A program made the position numbers and the translations under genes. A stretch of 64,000 nucleotides of DNA, taken from Candidatus Thalassarchaeaceae archaeon. GTDB taxonomy: Archaea; Thermoplasmatota; Poseidoniia; Poseidoniales; Thalassarchaeaceae. Location: assembly GCA_045568115.1 (NCBI GenBank), contig JBJLBO010000001.1, forward strand, positions 82,213 to 146,212, written 5' to 3'. Shown piece after piece: positions 59,146 to 64,000 of this stretch (the first letter of the stretch is position 1; each line of letters starts with the position of its first letter). The notes below the pieces were generated by a model, which saw only the letters and a program-made list of their open reading frames with translations, did no database searches and was not told the origin of the DNA.

Positions 59146-60690
59146 TCAATTATAAGATGGTTTTCGGATTTCATCAAACCAAGTGTTAACACCATTCCAA
59201 TCTGGTTCAACGCCCATATCCGCACAAATCATCTTAGCAGAGATTCGGCCACTTTCAAAAATAGTTGGAAGGCCGCTGCCTGGATGAGTGCCACCACCTA
59301 CTAGATACAATTGATTTAATTCTTCAAATTTATTCTGCGGGCGACGCCATAACATCTGATCAAGCCCATGTGCGAGATTGAAAACAGCACCTTTGTAGAT
59401 ATCTCTAGATGCCCAATCATCAGGAGTAATGATGGTTTCAGAAATAATATGTTGATTGAGATTTGGGAAACCCAATTTCTCCATCTGCCTGATTATTAAA
59501 TCTCTATATTCATGCTTAATTTCTTTCCAATTTATAGTAGGATGTGTGTTACAAATCGGTACTAGAACATAGAGGGTAGAATGGCCTTCTGGAGCTAGGG
59601 ATGAGTCAGTGACACATGCGTTTTGAACGTATAAGGAAGGGTCATCCCAAGTGACTTTATGCTCAGTAATATCTTGCAAATTTCCTTGGTAATCCTTAGA
59701 GGCATATATCTGATGGTGAGGTGTGTCAAACTTCTTGTCTATCCCCAAATAAAGCATAAATGTAGAACAGGAATATGACTTCTGTTCCAATTTTTCATCA
59801 GACCATCGACGACGAAGGGCATCTGGAATCAAACCTTTCATCCCAGTCGCAAAATCAACATTCATGACAAATCTATCAGCAGTATAATCACCATTATCAG
59901 TTCTTGCTCCGATTACCTTCTTACCATCAAAAATGAATTTTGTAACAGGTTCATTCAGTATTATTTCAACACCCATGTCTCGCGCGATTTTAGCCATTTT
60001 TTCAGTGATTGTACCTAGCCCTCCCTTTGCATGAAATATTCCATGTTCATATTCAAGATAGGCTAGAATTGTGAATAAACTAGGAGCTTGGAATGGACTC
60101 ATGCCTAGATATTTTGTTTGGAATGACATCGCTAACTGAAGTCTCTCATCGGTGAATGATTTGGAAAGGTCAGATGAAACACTTCTCCATGGCCTTAGTA
60201 CCTTTGAGACACGTAATGCCCTACGGCTAAGTAAATCGGAAGGGCCACTCCAAGGAGTGTTAAGGCAATTCTTCGATAATCGAAGTTTCCTTCTATTATC
60301 CTCAATATATGATAGGAACCCATTAGCCTCTTTTTCCCCACACAACTGGCTTATCTGTTCAGTCATCGAATCTAGATTTGTGGTTGCGTCAAGGCTTCCT
60401 CCTGCACCGAAAATAATTCGATAATTTGGATCAAGAGGAATAAGTCCCAATTCATCATGGGCATCAAGACCTATTGCTTGAAATATTTCTTCAATGATTT
60501 CTGTATAGTGAAAGAATGTAGGCCCTGTGTCAAACCTATAATTATCCTTCTCAAATACTCGTGTCCGACCACCGACGCCATCTGATTTCTCAAGTATAGT
60601 CACCTTGATACCTGCTTTCGCTAAGAGTAATGAGCAAGCCAGACCACCAGGTCCTGCTCCAACAATCAACACATCACGGCTCGTGGACAC
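59146..60690 (-). CDS. crtI: Phytoene desaturase family (CrtI/CrtN-like) carotenoid desaturase
   Basis: VGAGPGGL, GGR, FDTGPT, YLGMSP, YSCSTFMLYLG and LVGGGTHPGSGLP. Confidence 0.9.
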   Translation of the reverse strand: MSTSRDVLIVGAGPGGLACSLLLAKAGIKVTILEKSDGVGGRTRVFEKDNYRFDTGPTFFHYTEIIEEIFQAIGLDAHDELGLIPLDPNYRIIFGAGGSLDATTNLDSMTEQISQLCGEKEANGFLSYIEDNRRKLRLSKNCLNTPWSGPSDLLSRRALRVSKVLRPWRSVSSDLSKSFTDERLQLAMSFQTKYLGMSPFQAPSLFTILAYLEYEHGIFHAKGGLGTITEKMAKIARDMGVEIILNEPVTKFIFDGKKVIGARTDNGDYTADRFVMNVDFATGMKGLIPDALRRRWSDEKLEQKSYSCSTFMLYLGIDKKFDTPHHQIYASKDYQGNLQDITEHKVTWDDPSLYVQNACVTDSSLAPEGHSTLYVLVPICNTHPTINWKEIKHEYRDLIIRQMEKLGFPNLNQHIISETIITPDDWASRDIYKGAVFNLAHGLDQMLWRRPQNKFEELNQLYLVGGGTHPGSGLPTIFESGRISAKMICADMGVEPDWNGVNTWFDEIRKPSYN

Positions 60691-60732
60691 CCCCCCTCTG
60701 AAGCATGGCGAGAGAGGGGGGATTTGTAATCA

Positions 60733-60809
60733 TGGTGGACGCTGGGGGATTTGAACCCCCGGCCACCTGGTTGCAAACCAGGTGCTCTTCCAAGCTGAGC
60801 TAAGCGCCC
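60733..60809 (-). tRNA. tRNA-Ala (TGC)
   Basis: GGGCGCTTAGCTCAGCTTGGAAGAGCA CCTGG-TTTGCAA-CCAGG TGGCC GGGGGTTCAAATCCCCC AGCGTCC ACCA; G3:U70 pair present. Confidence 0.96.
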
Positions 60810-60867
60810 TTTGTGAAGCGGCCGAGAGGCAAGGGGTTCTTGAGTTCAACCGTTAAGACGCAAGGAA

Positions 60868-61473
60868 TCAATCATCGTTTTTGTGGTTAGTTAGTTTAAC
60901 GATTAATAGAAGGGAGACAAAGACTGAAAACAGAATTACAGCCCTTAGATTTGAATCTCGAGAAGATTTTGTGTTGTCATCAGTCGTTGAAGGAGTTCCT
61001 GGTTCTGAATTTACTGAATGATCGTCCAGTGCAAAATTAGCATAGAATGAATATTCTTCAACCACGCCATCAAAATCAATTTGGTGCATCATAGAAATAT
61101 TTCCAGGTAGTAACCCATTAGACGCTGAGAGTTCAATGAATGCGGCTGTTTTACAATCACTATCAACAAGAGCACCAGTTTCATTCTTCTCACAATTTGT
61201 ATTTAGCCAGCCAGAGTCAAAATCATCGACACCCCCGAATTCGTCATCAGAGTTGGCATCGACTAAGATACGATGCATTGCGCCATCTCTAGAATCATGA
61301 TTTCTGAAGAAAAGTGAATCAGTATCCACCAATATCCCTTCATTCACACCGTCTGGATTAGAGCCCTCTGAGTGTAGAATTATTGTGTATTCTTTTTGGT
61401 CATGGGCATAGGCAGAGGGGCTAAACAATATCCCGATTAACAGGATTCCAGCAAGCAGGTGCGCTCTCGCCAT
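60868..61473 (-). CDS. Small secreted protein with C-terminal TM anchor, function unknown
   Basis: Signal peptide MARAHLLAGILLIGILFSPSAYA and a C-terminal hydrophobic helix. The track's longer start overlaps the next gene. Confidence 0.7.
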   Translation of the reverse strand: MARAHLLAGILLIGILFSPSAYAHDQKEYTIILHSEGSNPDGVNEGILVDTDSLFFRNHDSRDGAMHRILVDANSDDEFGGVDDFDSGWLNTNCEKNETGALVDSDCKTAAFIELSASNGLLPGNISMMHQIDFDGVVEEYSFYANFALDDHSVNSEPGTPSTTDDNTKSSRDSNLRAVILFSVFVSLLLIVKLTNHKNDD

Positions 61474-61528
61474 GTCCATTCGTAGCGCAGCAAAGACTTC
61501 AACATGACTCGCAGACACGAAGAACAGT

Positions 61529-63277
61529 ATGGATACCGAGCGGGCTGTCATCGCAGGGGCACTCGCCTTGACTCTCTTGATTGGTGGAGTCGCAATGATG
61601 ATGTTATCATCAGAAGATTCACTCGATTCGAACTCCTCTGAAATTATGGTCGACCCTCTAATCGATGTAGAGGGGCATGACCATAGAAATGCTAGCCAAC
61701 ATGAATTGTATACTGAGAACTTGGTTCCAGTTTCATTCAATCCATTAACTGCACCAGGGAATGCCGAAATTCAAGTCGCAGACTCTCCTGATGGCAATAC
61801 CTATGCTTACATTGCTGGATGGTCCGAATTACACATTGTCGATGTCACAAACCCAGCTAATACTACCGTTACCGGAGTCTACATTGACCCCAATACTCAA
61901 GTTTTGGATGTGAAGTATCTTGAATACAATGGACGAGAATATGTTATTGTTCAAAATCAATTAGTAGATCCGGGTAGTGCTGATCCAAACGTAGGTGAAT
62001 GGGGAGACCCTGCTCAAGTCACCGTGACTTTAGTAGATGTTACAGACAAGACTGACCCTCAATTTGTAGATGCTTGGTATGATGCAGACCACCCAAGCGG
62101 ACCTCACAATCTCTACACACATATGATTGACAATGAATGGTACATCTTTGTGGCCAACCCCGACTACGAACAATGTGATGTTGGTCAAGGAGATGCTTGT
62201 GGTGGTATCACAATTGCTCACCTCAACTTCGCCGCTTATGGGGATCTTCCTCGAATCGTCAAAGTGGGCGAGGCCGAAGTCAGTTGGGAGACTACTTTGG
62301 GAGGCTGGATTTACATTCACGACATGACCGTTCAGACTTGGCCTGGAGAAGATCAAAATGACCCACGTTTTGGACGCACCTACGTTTACGGCGCCTACTG
62401 GGAAGCAGGGCTAAGGATTTTCGATGTTTCAGATGTCCCTCATCCGGGTAATGACATGGTAGAGTACCTAACAGTGGCAGCTGCTTGCAGAGGGTCATTT
62501 GGAACCCAATTGGGATGCAACTGGAGAGCACCTGAAGTAGGACTTTGGATGGAATTCGCTGATTTAGATGGAGATGGCGAAATGGATTGTGGCTGCACTA
62601 GTAATGAGAATGGAGGCCGTGCCTCATACATTCATTATGCAGAACCAATCGATGAGATGGTTGATGCATCACATCTAGGATATCCTACTGGAAAAATGCA
62701 TCTGACATTCCTTGCAACTGAAGTTCTAGAAACTAGTGTAGGAACTGGAATGGGGTACTTACTTGACACAACTGAATATGAAAGTGTAAATGGAAAGGTC
62801 ACATTCAAACCAAAATTGATTCATGGTTATGAGTTGCCTTTCGCAGAACTACACCACATCCCTGGTGGTGAGGAATGGTTGCTTTTCAGCCCTCACAATG
62901 CGGATACTCAGATCTTCCAAACTGGGTTACCTGGCCTTCCCGACAATAGTTACGGAGGAGCTTGGGATGGCCGAATCTACCTCTCAAGTTACCACGCTGG
63001 AGTATGGGTTGTTGATATCGAGACACTGATGGCGCTTGGATTAGAAGAAGATATGAATCGAACAGTAGCTCATATGCAGGCCACAATAGGTTACAACCTA
63101 CCACACGGAATGGATGGAGTCCCTCTAGATAGTTCATACTATGAATTCGGATGGACTCCTTTCATTTGGGCGGCAGAATACCATGAAGGATACACCTATC
63201 TCTCTTGCATTACCTCAGGACTCTATATCGTGCAACTCGATATTGATTCCCCATATGGAATGCCTTTAGAGTCCTAA
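61529..63277 (+). CDS. LVIVD-repeat beta-propeller surface protein
   Basis: N-terminal TM; YAYIA..LHIVDVTNP, GPHN, YIHD, AYWEAGLRIFDVSD, FSPHN, SSYHAGVWVVD and SGLYIV. Confidence 0.82.
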   Translation: MDTERAVIAGALALTLLIGGVAMMMLSSEDSLDSNSSEIMVDPLIDVEGHDHRNASQHELYTENLVPVSFNPLTAPGNAEIQVADSPDGNTYAYIAGWSELHIVDVTNPANTTVTGVYIDPNTQVLDVKYLEYNGREYVIVQNQLVDPGSADPNVGEWGDPAQVTVTLVDVTDKTDPQFVDAWYDADHPSGPHNLYTHMIDNEWYIFVANPDYEQCDVGQGDACGGITIAHLNFAAYGDLPRIVKVGEAEVSWETTLGGWIYIHDMTVQTWPGEDQNDPRFGRTYVYGAYWEAGLRIFDVSDVPHPGNDMVEYLTVAAACRGSFGTQLGCNWRAPEVGLWMEFADLDGDGEMDCGCTSNENGGRASYIHYAEPIDEMVDASHLGYPTGKMHLTFLATEVLETSVGTGMGYLLDTTEYESVNGKVTFKPKLIHGYELPFAELHHIPGGEEWLLFSPHNADTQIFQTGLPGLPDNSYGGAWDGRIYLSSYHAGVWVVDIETLMALGLEEDMNRTVAHMQATIGYNLPHGMDGVPLDSSYYEFGWTPFIWAAEYHEGYTYLSCITSGLYIVQLDIDSPYGMPLES

Positions 63278-63280
63278 ATA

Positions 63281-63298
63281 CGCCCTCTTTAGAGGGCG
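63281..63298. terminator. GC-rich inverted repeat just after the LVIVD gene stop
   Basis: CGCCCTCT-TT-AGAGGGCG; could be a hairpin or a palindromic protein-binding site. Confidence 0.35.
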
Positions 63299-63359
63299 CT
63301 ACGGACCGCTGCATTGAATTGCTGTGCTAGGTCAGCGGGAGCGCTACCAAGGTGTTTGC

Positions 63360-64000
63360 ATGACCAGAACTACTCAATTTCCAATGCTAATTATGGTTTT
63401 TCTGATGGTTGCTGCACCGATGAGTGGCTGTATTGCTATTTTCAAACCAGATAGTTCAGATTCGATTAACGAAGGATGGGTAGACCCTGTTATGGAAATT
63501 GAAAATGAGAACCACTCTCATAGCGACCTATTTTCTCATAGACTATCAACATCTAATACCAAACTTATTGATTATCATAACCTAAACTGTGATGGAGAAG
63601 TCAAACCTCCTGCTGAATTTGACGACACAATGGGTAGGCCGTGTCTTGAATCCTCAAAGAACACTGGACCAACACCCGGAGATAACTCAGAGATAGCGAT
63701 AGAAGGAAACTTCGACGAAGATTGTGAAATCTATGCTGACGGAACAGGAGGTTGCTATGCTTATGTTTCAAGTTACAATCAATTTGAGATTCTCGATATC
63801 AGTTCACCTAACAATATCCAGATGCTCTCAACATATTATGCCGAAGTTGCCAGAATAATCGACATCAAAGTCACCCCGGACAACAACTGGGTTTTGATTA
63901 ACCACGAACTTACCAATAGTGAGTTGGATCCAATTCCTAATGACGACGATGCTAACAGTGGTACGAATCGACTAGATGTCATCTATGTTGGGGATAAAAC
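63360..64000 (+). CDS. Second LVIVD-repeat beta-propeller protein, lipoprotein-like; 3'-partial
   Basis: Not in the ORF track. MTRTTQFPMLIMVFLMVAAPMSGC.. with VDPV..NHSHSDLFSHRL, PGDNSEIAI and YAYVSSYNQFEILDISSP, paralleling the upstream gene; open to the window end. Confidence 0.8.
   Translation, partial: MTRTTQFPMLIMVFLMVAAPMSGCIAIFKPDSSDSINEGWVDPVMEIENENHSHSDLFSHRLSTSNTKLIDYHNLNCDGEVKPPAEFDDTMGRPCLESSKNTGPTPGDNSEIAIEGNFDEDCEIYADGTGGCYAYVSSYNQFEILDISSPNNIQMLSTYYAEVARIIDIKVTPDNNWVLINHELTNSELDPIPNDDDANSGTNRLDVIYVGDK

Noticed and set aside
28194..60809. tRNA genes as integration sites of a provirus or island
   Set aside because: No integrase and no duplicated tRNA 3' end was noticed, and the flanking genes are typical chromosomal genes.
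61474..61740. Longer start for the 60868 ORF
   Set aside because: It would overlap the LVIVD gene head-to-head; the signal peptide begins at about 61473.

Overview
Core-chromosome segment of an archaeon, by inference a marine Thermoplasmatota of Marine Group II / Poseidoniales type. The evidence is TFB, CDP-archaeol synthase, AglB, a split GMP synthase subunit B, PGF-CTERM tails and many acidic DxDxDG-repeat surface proteins. The window holds 33 intact or partial CDSs (two are partial, at the window edges, and absent from the ORF track), a frameshifted glyA and three tRNA genes (Ile2-CAT, Asn-GTT, Ala-TGC). No integrase, transposase or CRISPR array was seen. Housekeeping genes cover purine, one-carbon and glycine metabolism (purD, purE, guaAB, glyA, gcvPA, gcvPB, gcvT), lipids (carS) and a carotenoid desaturase (crtI). 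The most striking signal is a two-TM protein (31717-34461) whose motifs match the eukaryotic CD36/SR-BI/LIMP-2 scavenger-receptor family in order. It lies in a co-oriented run with a multi-OB-fold membrane protein, a TctA-type permease, an extracellular lamin-tail/phospholipase D, a pyrimidine-nucleoside phosphorylase and an HGSNAT-like acyltransferase, which may form a surface digestion-and-uptake module. Other highlights are a 3177-aa AglB, an NLR-like wHTH-STAND-TPR protein, an EF-hand/SKICH-like protein inside the gcv cluster, and a recurring TTCA element at the TATA-box position. All family calls come from motif recognition by eye; no searches were run.
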